Shown here: piece by piece, positions 1-12,976 of the stretch
Numbering within the stretch: the stretch's first letter is position 1
Layout of the letters: every line of letters begins with the position of its first letter
Origin: Eledone cirrhosa
Lineage: Eukaryota
Assembly: GCA_964016885.1 (NCBI GenBank)
Contig: OZ024742.1
Span: forward strand, 225,928,001 to 225,992,000
Direction: 5' to 3'
DNA length: 64,000 bases
The notes under the pieces: model-generated
What the model was told of the DNA's origin: nothing
Databases searched by the model: none
What the model saw: only the letters and a program-made list of their open reading frames with translations
Position numbers and translations under genes: made by a program

Positions 1-172
1 ATAAGTACTCTATATCGAGGATAGTTTTAATGTACGCCGTTGTTTGACTCAACAAGAAGTTTCCTTAGTCGGGTGCCAGTTCAAGAAAGTTCCTAGGCAG
101 GCGGTTCTTGGAGTAATAATATCAAAAGAATGAAGAATAACATGGTCGGCTGTACAATAGGGTTTATTTACA

Positions 173-291
173 GTATTAACAATTGTTTCATTAGTCTGGT
201 GTGTCTAAAAGTTGCTGATCGCTAGACGTTACACCACTCGACCTTAATTACAGTCGATACCCGACCAAATCTGACCAGATCATCAGAATAC
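173..291 (-). ncRNA. Type I hammerhead motif, family 1, antisense copy
   Basis: minus strand: gtatt CTGATGA ... GAAAC aatt GTT aatac. Confidence 0.65.
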
Positions 292-295
292 TGAT

Positions 296-397
296 GTATT
301 CTGACGATTTGGTTGGGTATTGACTATAATTAAGGTCGAGTGACATAACTTTTAGCGACTTTTAGACACATCGGACTAATGAAACAATTGTTAATAT
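296..397 (+). ncRNA. Type I hammerhead motif, family 1, long stem II
   Basis: gtatt CTGACGA ... GAAAC aatt GTT aatat; stem I gtatt/aatat; palindromic loop III AATT. Confidence 0.65.
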
Positions 398-445
398 TGT
401 AAATAAACCCTATTGTACAGCCGGCCATGGTATTCTTCACTCTTT

Positions 446-492
<47 letters not shown>

Positions 493-719
493 GGTAGATA
501 AGGTTTTGTTTATGTATATCAGGAATGAATGCTTAAACAAGAAATTTGCTTACCAGTGAGTTTGACTCAACGGTATCCATTGAATCGTATAGCATAAATA
601 TCCAAGCAGGGGAGTATGATATATAGGTCCAGAAGAGATCATGGAGTATATTAATATAAGCAAGTATTGTACTAAGAAAAATATAAATGTCGGCGTGAAG
701 GAGATTAGGAATTTATTTG

Positions 720-761
720 CTTTAACATATGTTTCTGTGTCTATTATATATTCTTAGAAAA
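720..761 (-). ncRNA. Decayed hammerhead relic
   Basis: minus strand: tttt CT-AAGA ... GAAAC atat GTT aaag; core G missing; abuts an inverted repeat (about 754-800 with 915-959). Confidence 0.35.
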
Positions 762-1012
762 TGTAGAAATCCAAAATGCAGAAAATAACTGTAACTACAG
801 TTTGTGACTACACCTGTTTGTGTGTGTCACCACCCCACCAACGCTATAGATAATTGCTTAGAAAATTAGGAGTATTTTACTTGATTTTCTATGCTATTAT
901 TTATAGCAATTGACTGTAGTTACAGTTATTTTCTGCATTTGGGATTTCTACATTTTCTATGAATGTTATACCTGCCCAACACTCCAATATTTTTTGAAAT
1001 ATTACATATATA

Positions 1013-1045
<33 letters not shown>

Positions 1046-1329
1046 ACGTCTGGGGATGTATGGATAAGTGTAGTCATGGGATCTTGCATATTTATTCATG
1101 TGAGATTCACATAAGCCTGATCACCATCCTTTGAACTAAGGGCTAACAGGCACAATAGGGTACTTTCACAATATGTGGTAGCCTGTGGGTGACAGTGTCT
1201 GGAAGAAAGCAATGTAACAAGGCATTACAATACATCTAAGCAACTAAACATTTGCGAGTTTTCCTTGACTGCTGTCAAGCAACCACACTCACACTTCTCT
1301 TTTCTGGTCGGTCCAGAAAACAAACAAAG

Positions 1330-2130
1330 AACTCTCTTCTCATCAGATGTCAATGTTGGAATCATCTAAGGCAGGGATGGAGAGATGATGGAGATGTTAA
1401 AGAAGAAGTGTGTAGACGTATGCTGCATGAAATTAGTAAAATGGAGGGCGGTCTTCAGCCAAAATGACTACAGGCAAGGAACATAAGTACAAGTATTTTT
1501 AGGTGGGTAGCAGTAATGGTGTAGGTGAAGTAGGAATACTATTGGAAAAGAAATGGATGGATAAGGTAATTGAGGTAATAAGAATGTGTGATAGAATAAT
1601 TAAGCTTTAACTAACCTTGGACAACACAACAGTTGTGCTTATTTCTAGAGAAACTGAAGTATCATTTTTTAGGTATTCTCTTGTAGTAAAACAGAAGGAC
1701 CATTTTTATGAATTCTTAAAAACTATTTTGATGATGAATGGTTGTCACCTCATTATTGCAGCTGGTCACTTCAATGTAAGCCACTATATCTAGCTTTCAT
1801 TTATCTGGAGAAGGCTTTTAACAGAGTACCCTTATCTGACATCTGGTGGTCCTTAAGGAAATTTGGTGTAGAAGAATGGTTTATAAGAGCAGTTTCAAGC
1901 TATGTACAGAGGAGCTGTTAGTAATGAGAGTAAGAAGTGAGTTTAGCAAGCAATTCAGTGTGCAAGAAGGTATTTATCAGGGTTCAGTCCTCATCCCACT
2001 TGTGTTTATTATAATTCTCCAGGTCATAACAGAGGTGTTTAAAACTGGCTTCTATATACTCGTGACCTGGTTCTTATAGTGGAATCTGTGGACAAGCTAA
2101 AGAAGAACTTATGACTGTGGAACTAGAACT
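1330..2130 (+). mobile_element. Degraded RTE LINE fragment (endonuclease and RT pieces)
   Basis: resembles 5' APE region of the 19661-22997 element; GIYQGSVLIPLVFIIILQ. Confidence 0.7.
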
Positions 2131-2948
2131 TAGAATCAAAGCTTATCTATCCACTTCTCAGCTAGTAGAATGCTCACTCCACCTACACCATCATCATTTC
2201 CTACCTAGAAAAGCTTATATCTATGCTGTTTTACCTGTGAATAGTCATGCTAAGTCACCCCTCCATCTCACCTCTTGTACACAGCATACATCCACTTGCC
2301 TCCTCTCAAGCAACTCCAAAATTTCCCCAAATCTACTTTTCAGAGTAGCAATCTTGAGATGTCTTACCTGACAGTGGTTATTAGATTATCTTTTGATTGT
2401 AGCTTTCTATACTTGAAATGGAATATGAGTGTGCAATTGCTTGATGACATTTCAGAGGATATTCTACATGGCTTGGTCAATCACCCCACTCCCTTGTGTA
2501 GTACTGAGAAAATTAGTATTGGTTCTGTACACACAATTAGTGTGCATGTTGTATGTTGGGATTTTCATAATTTGGTTTGATTTTTCTAGCTAGATACTCT
2601 TCCTATCGCCAACCATTTTTCAGCATGAACTGTAGACATTCTTCATGTTATCAGCACTAGAGAGATTGTCTGTAAGGATTTAAGAGTCTTCTTCCCTCTG
2701 TATCAGTTTTTATTCAAAGTATCTGTTCTCCTAGATGGGTTGCTCTTCATTATGTCTCACAGAGCCCACACCTACTCCATGTGCAATCTTATGGGTTACC
2801 TTCCCCATGGCTTATGGAGCCCATGTCTATCCTGAAAAATCTTATTATTTGAAGTGACTGCCTTCCTAGATGGGCTGCCTTTGCTGTGACTTACAGAGTA
2901 GTCCACAACTGCCGCATATACACACTAATTATACAGTTATGGTATATA

Positions 2949-4247
2949 CAAGGGTGGACTGAAAAGTTCATAAGCTAATTATGAAGGAGTGATGCTAGAG
3001 CTGTGAAATCTTGCATGTATTTGAACTCTTTTTATTAATACCTGCATTGTTTCTTTTAAAGTAAACTGACGTTTGACTGTTCAAAGAAGACTTCAAAAGT
3101 GACTTTTCTTGAAAATGGACAAAATTTGGCAATGTGGTGTTAGCAAGTACCTGCAGAAAAAGGATTTAGCTCCCAAAGACATTCATGCTGACATGGTTGC
3201 TACAGTAGTGGATGATGCTCCAGCCTTATCAACAGTGCAAAAGTAGGCAGCTGAATTTAGGAGGGTAAGGGAGAGTCTTGAAAATGTCCCAAGGTCTGGA
3301 TGTCTTGCAACTGCCATCGAGAGAAACATTGATCCTGTTCACCACATGGTGAGGGATGACAGATGAGTGACTATAAATCAAATACACAATGCTATTAACA
3401 TATTCCATGAGAGAGTTGAAAATATTCTCCACAATGAACTTGACATGACAAAGGTTTCTGCTCGGTGGGTGCCACGTCTTCCGACACCTGATTAAAAGCA
3501 CACCAGGCTGATCACATCACAGGAAAATCTGACACAGTTGAAGGCAGATTCAGCTGGTTTCTTTGAACGTTTCCTAACCCAGGATGAATGTTGGGTTCAT
3601 CACTTTGAATCAGAGACAAAAGACACAATCCATGCAGCAGTGGAACCCCCCCCCCCCCTCTCACCTACTCAAAAGAAGGTCAAGGTCATTTCATCTGCAG
3701 GGAAGTTGATGGCCTCAGTTATTTTTAATGCAAAAGGTATTGTGTTTATTGACTATCTTCAAAAGGGCCACACTATCAATGGAGAGTACCAAGCCAACTT
3801 GCTGAGGCAGTTATGAAAGGCTGTCAAGACCAAACACCCAGGTAAACTGACAAAAGGGGGTCTTGTTTCATCAGGACAATGTTCCAACACACCAGTACTT
3901 GGTTTCAGTGGCTGCTGTGCATAACTGTGGCTTTGAACTGGTTGATCACCCCTCCCTATTCTCTTGATTTGGCCCCATCTGACTATCATCTGTTCCCCAA
4001 CATGAAAAAAAAACACTTGGCTGGGAGCCAGTATCACAGTGATGATGATGTCATATCTGCTGCTGTTGACTTTTTTACCAACAAGATAAAAGCTTCGTCA
4101 CCAATGGGGTCCAAACACTGCAACACTCGTGGAAGAAGTGTGTGAACCGCAACAGGGACTATGCTGAAAAATAAACCTCATTTGGTCACCTTTCATGAGA
4201 GTATCTTGGGTAGCCTTTCATGAGAGTATCTTTTTAGCTAACCTTTG
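2949..4247 (+). mobile_element. Mariner transposon, pseudogenised
   Basis: TA-flanked degenerate TIRs; WVP motif, LTQDECWVH, PPYSLDLAPSDYHLF. Confidence 0.85.
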
Positions 4248-4554
4248 TATATGCAAAGAAAATAATAGTACAATTATAATTAGTTAACTTGTGAAATAGT
4301 TAGTGAGAAGAGAGATAATTAGTTGCTGTTGGTAGGACTGGAAATAGAGGGCAGCCTTTTGCATGGAGATGGGGAGAAGTGGGAAGGTGAGCATTGGTTG
4401 ACATGGTATTATGGCAATGAGACATTTTGGGTAAAATTTATCATAATTAAATCTGTTTTTTCTTCTAATTAGATGAGTAGTAATATAAATACATCAACAA
4501 AAACTTTTAAATAAAAATATATGTTATAAATAACATTATTCAGCAGCAGCAGCA

Positions 4555-6282
4555 TCAACTGTTACAAGGGCAAAGGAGATGCCCTGGATAGAGGAAACTA
4601 TAGGGTATTAAATTAGTTGACCAAATCATGAAAGTCACAGAAAGAATTATTACTCAACTGATCAGAGACCAAATTGATCTAGATGAAATTCAGTTTGGGT
4701 TTGTGCCAGGTAAAAGTACCACGGATGCTCTTTTCCTTGTACGGCAATTGCAGGAGAAGTGCCTGGCTAACAGTAAACCCCTCTACTTAGCTTTTGTTGA
4801 CCTGGAGAAGGCCTTTGACAAAGTCTGGTGGGCTCTTAGAAAACTAGGAGTGGAAGCTATACAAGCCACGTATAGAGGAACAGTCAGCAAGGTTAGAATT
4901 AACAAAGAATATAGTGATGAATTTAGCATAATGGTAGGGGTACACAGGGCTCCATTCTTAGCCCACTCCTGTTTATAATTGTCCTACAGGCTATAATAGA
5001 GGAGTTTAAGACTGGCTGCCCATGGGAACTTCTATATGCAGATGATCTAACTCTCATAGCTGAATCTATGGCTGAACTAGAGAGGAAGTTTCAAAAATGG
5101 AAGCATGGCCTTGAATCAAAAGGCCTTAGAGTCAACTTGTCTAAGACTAAGGTTCTAGTAGGCAGAAAGGAGAATAGGGCACAGGTACCTTCTGGGAAAT
5201 GGCCATGCTCAGTGTGTAAGAAAGGAGTAGGTAGAAACTCCATTCTATGTCCCAAATGCAAAATATAGGTACATAAAAGATGTAGTGGGATCAGAGGTAA
5301 GCTATCTAAGAATGTAGATTTTATATGTGGCCGATACTCAGGTGCAGTAAGTAGCAAGGACCCACTGGATGATATCACCTTCATGCCCAGATGGTTCTAT
5401 AGAAATAGTAGACGCCTTCCGTTACCTGGGTGACAAAATCAGCAGTGGAGGAGGGTGCTCTGAAAGTGTAGTAGCCAGAGTTAGAACAGGATGGAAAAAG
5501 TTCAGAGAACTAATACTGCTGTTAGCCAAAAGGGGTTTCTCTCTAAAAATGAAAGGCAGATTGTATGATGCACATATACGAATGGCGATATTACATGGTA
5601 GTGAGACTTGGGTATTGTATGCTGAAGACCTGCATAGATTAGAAAGAAATGAAGCTTGCATGCTCCGATGGATGTGTAATAGTTATGTGTGTGAAAGATG
5701 AAGCATAAATGAACTAAGAGGGAGACTAAGCATAAGAGGTATCAAATGTTGTGTTCTGGAGAGGAGATTGCGTTGGTATGGACATATGGTGCATATGAAG
5801 GACGACGGCTGTATAAAAAAGTGCAGGGCCCTGAAAATTGATGGAAGCTGTGGACGAGGTGATAAAAACTGACCTTGCCCACCTACACCTCTCTAAGACA
5901 ATGACACTGGATCGAAACCTTTGGTGCCATGCAGTTGTACAGAAGACCCAACTGCCATTGCATACAAACCTACAGTCAGTGGGCACCTCTTAACTCAATG
6001 TACACCTCACTGCCACACCCTACCCCACCCTCCCTCTCCCGTACCGTCCCGACCACTGTGTCGATGACACAACAATCCACACTGTAAAGTGGCTGTGTAG
6101 GAGACACGGTGAAAAGGCTCCCAGTCCACACTGTAAATGTGGTTGGTGTTAGGAAGGGCATCCAGCTGTAAAAAACCTGCCAGAGACGCTTCCGTGCGAG
6201 TGAGACATGGTCTCCGCATCAAATGGAACAAAACCGTCTAACCCATGCTAGCTTGGAAGATGGACGTTAAACGATGATGATG
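4555..6282 (+). mobile_element. 5'-truncated RTE LINE with PHD finger and 3' UTR
   Basis: QFGFVPGKSTTDA, FVDLEKAFD, YADD, CSVC..CPKC; (ATG)n tail. Confidence 0.9.
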
Positions 6283-7450
6283 AGGGCGGTGGATTGGCAG
6301 TATCGGTAGAGGGTTGGACGCCATACTTTGCAGCATAGAGTTACGGCCCTTGCCATTCTGAGTTCAAATCCTGCCGAAGTTAACTTTGCCTTTCATCCTT
6401 ACAGGGTCAATAAAATAAAGTACCAGTAATGCACTGTGTAATTGCTGGCCTTGTGCCAAAAGTAGAAACAATTATTACTGAGGGTGATGAATTGGTTGTA
6501 TCAGTAAGGTGTCAGACAAAATGTTTGGTGGCATTTAGTTCTTTACATTCTGAGTTTAAATCCCATTGAGGTCGGCTTTGTATTTCATCCTTCTGGAGTC
6601 AATAAAATAAAATACCAGTCATGTACTGGGTCAATGTAATCAACTTTCCTCCTGCCCATGAATTGTTGGCTTTGTACCTAAATTAGAAATCATTATCATT
6701 GATTGACAGTATCGGTAGAGAGTCGGACACCATGCTTTGAAGCATAGAGTTACGTCCCTTTATGATCTGAGTTCAAATCCCACCGAGGTTAACTTTGCCT
6801 TTCATCCTTACGGGGTCGATAAAATAAAGTACCAGTAATACACTGGGTAATTGCTGGCCTTGTGCCTAAAATAGAAACAATTATCATTATTACTTAGGAC
6901 AATGGATTGGTAGTATTGGTAGAATGTCAGACAACATGCTTTATTACATATAGTTACAGCACTTTACGTTGAGTTCAAATCCTGCCGAGGTTAACTTTGC
7001 CTTTCATCCTTACGAGGTCGATAAAATAAAGAACCAGTAATACACTGGGGTCGATTTATTCAATGTTCCCCGTCGCTGTAAATTTCTGGCCGTGTGTCAA
7101 ATGTAGAAACAATTATTTTATTATTACTTATAATTATCTTTCAAGGTCCTTAATATGAAGTACTGGGGTCGATATAATTGTTTTTCTCTTAGCCTGAAAT
7201 TGCTGGCATTGTGCCTTAATCAGAAACTATTATAAGGCAGAATCAGTAGAGCATCGGCAAAGATGCTTTGTGGTGTTTAGTTACACCCGTTTATGTTCTG
7301 AATTCAAATGCTATTCTTAATGCTGCTGAGGTCAACTTTGCTTTCATTCTTCCAGGGTGGATAAAATAAAGTAGCAATAATGTACTGGGTTCCATATAAT
7401 TGACTCTTCCCTCAACACAAATTGCTGACCTTGTGCCTAAATCAGAAATC
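6283..7450 (+). mobile_element. Tandem array of about 6 tRNA-derived SINE units
   Basis: repeated tggcagtatcggtagag (A box), gagttcaaatcc (B box), gccgaggttaactttgcctttcatccttacggggtcgataaaataaagtaccag; dispersed copies near 8565, 29600, 29900(-), 35760(-), 51450. Confidence 0.8.
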
Positions 7451-7567
7451 ATTTATATTACTTATAATTAGAAATTTAAAGGCAATAGATAATATTCTTT
7501 GCTTTATATGTGTCTGTTCAATAGACACAGACAAGTACATACATATATATTTCTTGTATTCTTCCAG

Positions 7568-7735
7568 GTTTGTCATCGCTCCAGACTGTGATATAGACTT
7601 TGGTGCTTTGTTGATCAATAACAGAAGAACACGCACCATTACGATAGAGAACAAGGGAGAGTTTGAGTTCAAATATGTCATTTCAAAAGTTTCAAATACA
7701 GAAAAGGAATTTACTCATTCAAAATCAAAGAAATC
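7568..7735 (+). CDS. HYDIN: HYDIN internal exon (phase 2 to 2)
   Basis: ttccag acceptor, gtaag donor; FVIAPDCDIDFGALLINNRRTRTITIENKGEFEFKY resembles remembered HYDIN INFGALICG...FTIENQG. Confidence 0.85.
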
Positions 7736-7996
7736 GTAAGTCTCTATTTCACGCTATCCATATTTTCTTATTCTTTTTATTAGACGACAGCCATGCTGGG
7801 GCACCACCTTAAAGACCTACAGTATTGTGTGTATGTATATATATATGCGCCATCATCCACTTTTCTAAAAAAACAAATCATACACCAACAGTTTTGCAAG
7901 AGATGTCAACATGAATGGACCTATTATTTTTATCTAAAGACTTTTTTTCCAATTCCAACCTGCCCGTCCTCTCAATCTATCTTATTTCTCATTCTT

Positions 7997-8032
7997 TCTT
8001 CTGATGAAGGACGAGCATCCAAAACGTTAAGA
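7997..8032 (+). ncRNA. Decayed minimal hammerhead
   Basis: tctt CTGATGA aggacgagcatcc aAAAC GTT aaga; G of GAAA changed to A at a CpG. Confidence 0.5.
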
Positions 8033-8165
8033 CCCTCTTCCTGCTATATCAAGCGTTAACCTAATATATACCTTCCATATACTGTACTGATTGTGTTGTT
8101 ATTATGTTTACCTTTTACATACATATATATATATATATATGTTATGTGTGTGTGTCATCATCATC

Positions 8166-8199
<34 letters not shown>

Positions 8200-8679
8200 A
8201 TCTTCATCATCATCATCATTTTACGTCCGCTTTTCCCTGCTTGCAAGGGTAGGACGGGTCCTCTTGAACACAGCATCTCTCCATTTGTCATGGTCCTTCG
8301 TCATCTCCTCTGTGACCTTCAATGATCTGAGGTCAGCTCTCACCACTTCCGCCCATGTCTGGAGAGTTCGGAGAGAGAGAGAAAAGGTTTGAACATTGGG
8401 GTTTTGGAAAAAAGGTATTAAGAAGGCTGGATGTGGTGGGTGAGTGGTCCAGCGTTCAGGATTGGGGGCCAAGGTGGAAAGTCAAGGTATGTCATGAGTG
8501 TTGTTATGTGTGTGCAGATGTAGTGCATTTCATGGGTGTGCATTATTGCTTCTGTCTGTTGCTTACGATCTGAGTTCAAATCCCGCCGAGGTTGACTTTG
8601 CCTTTCATCCTTACGGGGTCGATAAAATAAAAGTACCAGTAATGGACTGGGTAATTTGCTGGCCTTGTGCCTAAAGTAG

Positions 8680-9420
<741 letters not shown>

Positions 9421-9424
9421 GAGA

Positions 9425-10550
9425 GACTATAGAGGCATCAAGTTAACAAACCAAGCCATGAAAATTACAGAAAGAGTCATTGCACAGCTAATTAGGGATT
9501 GGGTTAATTTAGATGAGATGATGCAGTTTTGATTTAGGCCAGGTAAATGTCCCATTGATGCCCTCTTTGTGAGACAACTGCAGGAGAAGTGCTTAGCTAA
9601 ATGTAAGCCCTTCTACTTAGCATTTGTTGACATGGAGAAAGCTTTTGACAGAGTCCCTCACTTCATAATGTAGTTGGCTCTTAGGAAACTAGGTGTAGAT
9701 GAGTAACTTGTGTGGACAGTACAAGCCATCCACAAAGGGGCAGTTAGAAAGGTTAAAGTTAAGAATGAATATAGTGAGGAATTTAGTGTGCATGTGTGAT
9801 CCACCAGGGCTCTGTTCTCAACCTGCTCGTGTTTATTACCGATTCCAGACCATAATAGAAGAGCTTAAAACTGGCTGCCCATGGGAACTTCTATGCCAAT
9901 GATTCAGTCCTTATAGCCAACTCTGTGGCAGGGTTAGAGAAGAAATTCCATATCTGGTCACCAAATTTGAATCAAATGGTCTTAAAGTCAACCTGGAAAA
10001 GACCAAAGTTGTAGTATGTGGAAAGGATAACAGAGTCCTGATCCCCTGAAGGAAATGGTCATGTTCAGTGTGCAGTGAAAAAGTGGGTAGAAATTCTATT
10101 CTGTGTAGTAAATGTAAACTATGGGTACACAAGAGGTATCTCAGGCAGGCTAGCAAATAATGTAGGCTTTGTTGTGATAGATGCACAGGAACAGTAAGCA
10201 GCAAGTGCTCACATGAAACAAGCTCTATCAAATGTCCAGAGAGCTCTGTAGAAGTTTCTGTTATGTGGGTAACCAAGTAAGCAGTGGTGGTTCTGAAAGT
10301 ACTGTAGCTAGAGTGAGAACGGGATGGAAAAAGTTCAAGGAGCCACTGCTGCTGCTAGCCATAAAAAGCTTTTCTCTCAAAATGAAAAGCAGATTGTAAG
10401 ACACTTGTATGTGAACAGCAATGCTGCATGGAAGTGAGACCTGGATGTTGTTTGCAGAAGACCTATGAAGATTGGAAAGAAATAAGGCAAGCATGCTCCA
10501 ATGGATGCGTAATAGAAGTGTACATGAATGATGAAGCATCATTGAACTGA
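9425..10550 (+). mobile_element. Degraded RTE LINE fragment
   Basis: same RT/PHD region with stops and frameshifts. Confidence 0.8.
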
Positions 10551-10880
10551 GGTGGTGACAGTGGTGATAGTAGTTTGTTGTTGTTATTAACTGTATTTAT
10601 ATCATATATCACATGTACATATATTACCATATATACTCAAATATAAGCTGAGGAATAGGTGACCGAAAAATTGATGGTAGAAGGGTGTTGGCTTATATTT
10701 AAGGTCAATATTTTGAAGATTTTCACCAACTTACTATTCTACCGTTTGGGTTTTTGCCTATTTCTCAGACATAGAATAGTAGAGTTGGCATATATTTGTA
10801 TCAGTCTATATCCAGGTATATACGGTATATAAAATTATGAGCTTTATAATTTATAAGTTATGTTGTTTTTTTCTGCACAG

Positions 10881-11016
10881 TAGAATGGAAATAGTACCAG
10901 CCCGGTTTACTTTGGGAATTTTCACTGTAACTCCTGCCACTGCAAATATTCTGCCAGGAGCACAGACTACTGTGACAGTGGAATGTTGCAGTGAAAATCT
11001 GGGAGTATTTTGTGAG
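10881..11016 (+). CDS. HYDIN: HYDIN exon (phase 2 to 0)
   Basis: ctgcacag acceptor, gtaaag donor; ARFTLGIFTVTPATANILPGAQTTVTVECCSENLGVFCE; phase fits previous exon. Confidence 0.85.
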
Positions 11017-11229
11017 GTAAAGTACAAAATGTGAATTTTTTTTATCAAAAGAGTTAAAGGTAATTATGAAAGTATGTGGGCTTATTGTAAGCTGCAACAA
11101 TGCATAGTTAAAACTGCGTTTCTTGCTTACAATAAGCTAACATACTTTCAGAATTGAAATTTTTCCATTGCTTCATAAAACTAGTCATCAAACACATCTG
11201 TCTGGCATATGACAGATGTGAGTTTGATT

Positions 11230-11785
11230 TCAGAACACCCACCTTCACTGCTAATTTGGTTACCCAGGTAATAAAAGCTGTCAACTACTTCTATGGAACC
11301 CTCTGAGCTTGTTTCCTGTAAGTTATGCTTCCAGGTCTGGAATTTATTATCTAATTCCACCAAAGATTCGACTATGAGGGCTAGATCATCAGCACATAGG
11401 AGTTCCCAAGGGCAACCAATTTTAAAATCCTCTGCTATAGCTTGAAGGACAATAATAAACAGGAAAGGGCTAAGAACAAAACACTGGTGAACCCCTACTA
11501 TAATCATTATTAATTCTAACCTTGCTGTCTGCTCCTCTGTACATAGCTTGAACTACCCTCACAAGCTACTATTCTACCCCTAGTTTTTTAAAAGCCCACC
11601 AGATTATTTTGAGGTACTTGGTTTTAGCTTGCTACTTTTCTCATAGTTGCCTCACAAAGAAGAGGACATCAGTAATATTTTTACCTGGTCCAAATCTAAA
11701 CTGCATCTTATCTAGGTTAATTGAGTCCCGAATCAGCTGTGTGATAACACTTTCTGTAATTTTAATGACCTAATCCATCAGTTTG
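11230..11785 (-). mobile_element. Degraded RTE LINE fragment
   Basis: GVHQCFVLSPFLFII...ELLCADDL. Confidence 0.8.
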
Positions 11786-12015
11786 ATGCCTCTATAGTTT
11801 CCTCAGCCCACACAGTAAAGTGGTCAGGTAGGAATCATGACAAAAAGCACCCAGCACACACTGTAAATGTGGTTGGCATTAGGAAGGGCCTTCATCTATA
11901 GAAATCTAGCCAGAAACAATTCTATATGAGCAAGACACGGCCACCTGACCCAACTTGCCTCAAGTGGGACAATCCATCTAACCATGCTAGCGTGGAAAAT
12001 AGACGTTAAATGATG

Positions 12016-12053
<38 letters not shown>

Positions 12054-12351
12054 AATGTGGTGAGTTCAATTCTCAGACCGGGTGATGTTTTGTTTCCTTG
12101 AGCAAGACACTTTATTTCACATTGCTCCCGTTTACTCAGCTGTAGAAATGAGATGATAGGGACTGGGGTCCATATCATTCCACTGCAAAGTGGTCGTGGA
12201 GGTGCTACGGCAAAAAAGCACCCAGCACTCACTGTAAATGAGGTTGGTGTTAGGAAGGGCATCCAGCTGTAGAAATCAAGCCAGAATGAGTTCCCGTCCC
12301 ACCCTTGCAAGCAGGGAAAAGTGGACGTAAAATGAAATGATGATGAAATGA

Positions 12352-12390
<39 letters not shown>

Positions 12391-12976
12391 TACTAAAGGC
12401 GCAAATTAATTGCGCCCGTAGGTAGTATACCGATATGAGCACTTGATGCTTGTGGGGAGCAGAGTATCAATGATAATAATATATAAGGGAACAAAGAATC
12501 AGTGTTCCATCATATACATATGTAGCGAAATCTGTTCACACCTTGAGCCCTGGGTGACACCTAAAGGTCAAATACTAGGTCATCACCCTTTTGGCGTAAA
12601 TAAGTTGATACCTGGGCAATCTCTCGAGGCAGGGGACAGAGGAAGCTGGCGATATAAATAGCCGGTACCAAGAGAGAGATGGTTCAATCACCACGAGAAC
12701 TACTACCACTCACTGCAAAGACCAACAAACATTGTCAGGTCACTTGCTGTTTTCACATCAACAACAAAATAACATTGTCAACCTTTGCGACTCGTGGTAA
12801 CTTATTTGTTGTTCTTTTTGACTGAAGTGGAGTCAACTTTATATCAAAAGTAAACCAGCTATTCGAGTTATTTCTTCTAACGAACTACTAACTTTGCTGT
12901 GCTTCAATTGGTGACCCGACTTTAGAACACAGTTTTCTGAGCCATCTATAATTACCAACGTTAATCACGCAACAAT

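Larger units (their letters stand above)
124..446. repeat. Long imperfect palindrome (foldback), about 165 bp arms
   Basis: 124-291 is the reverse complement of 296-446; followed by (TA)n. Confidence 0.9.

Noticed and set aside
6283-7450. CRISPR-like repeat-spacer array
   Set aside because: Units are whole SINEs of about 200 bp with Pol III boxes, there are no unique spacers, and the context is eukaryotic
11063-11153. Short hairpin just after an exon with GAAAgtat arms
   Set aside because: Only a partial ribozyme-like half; too degenerate to call
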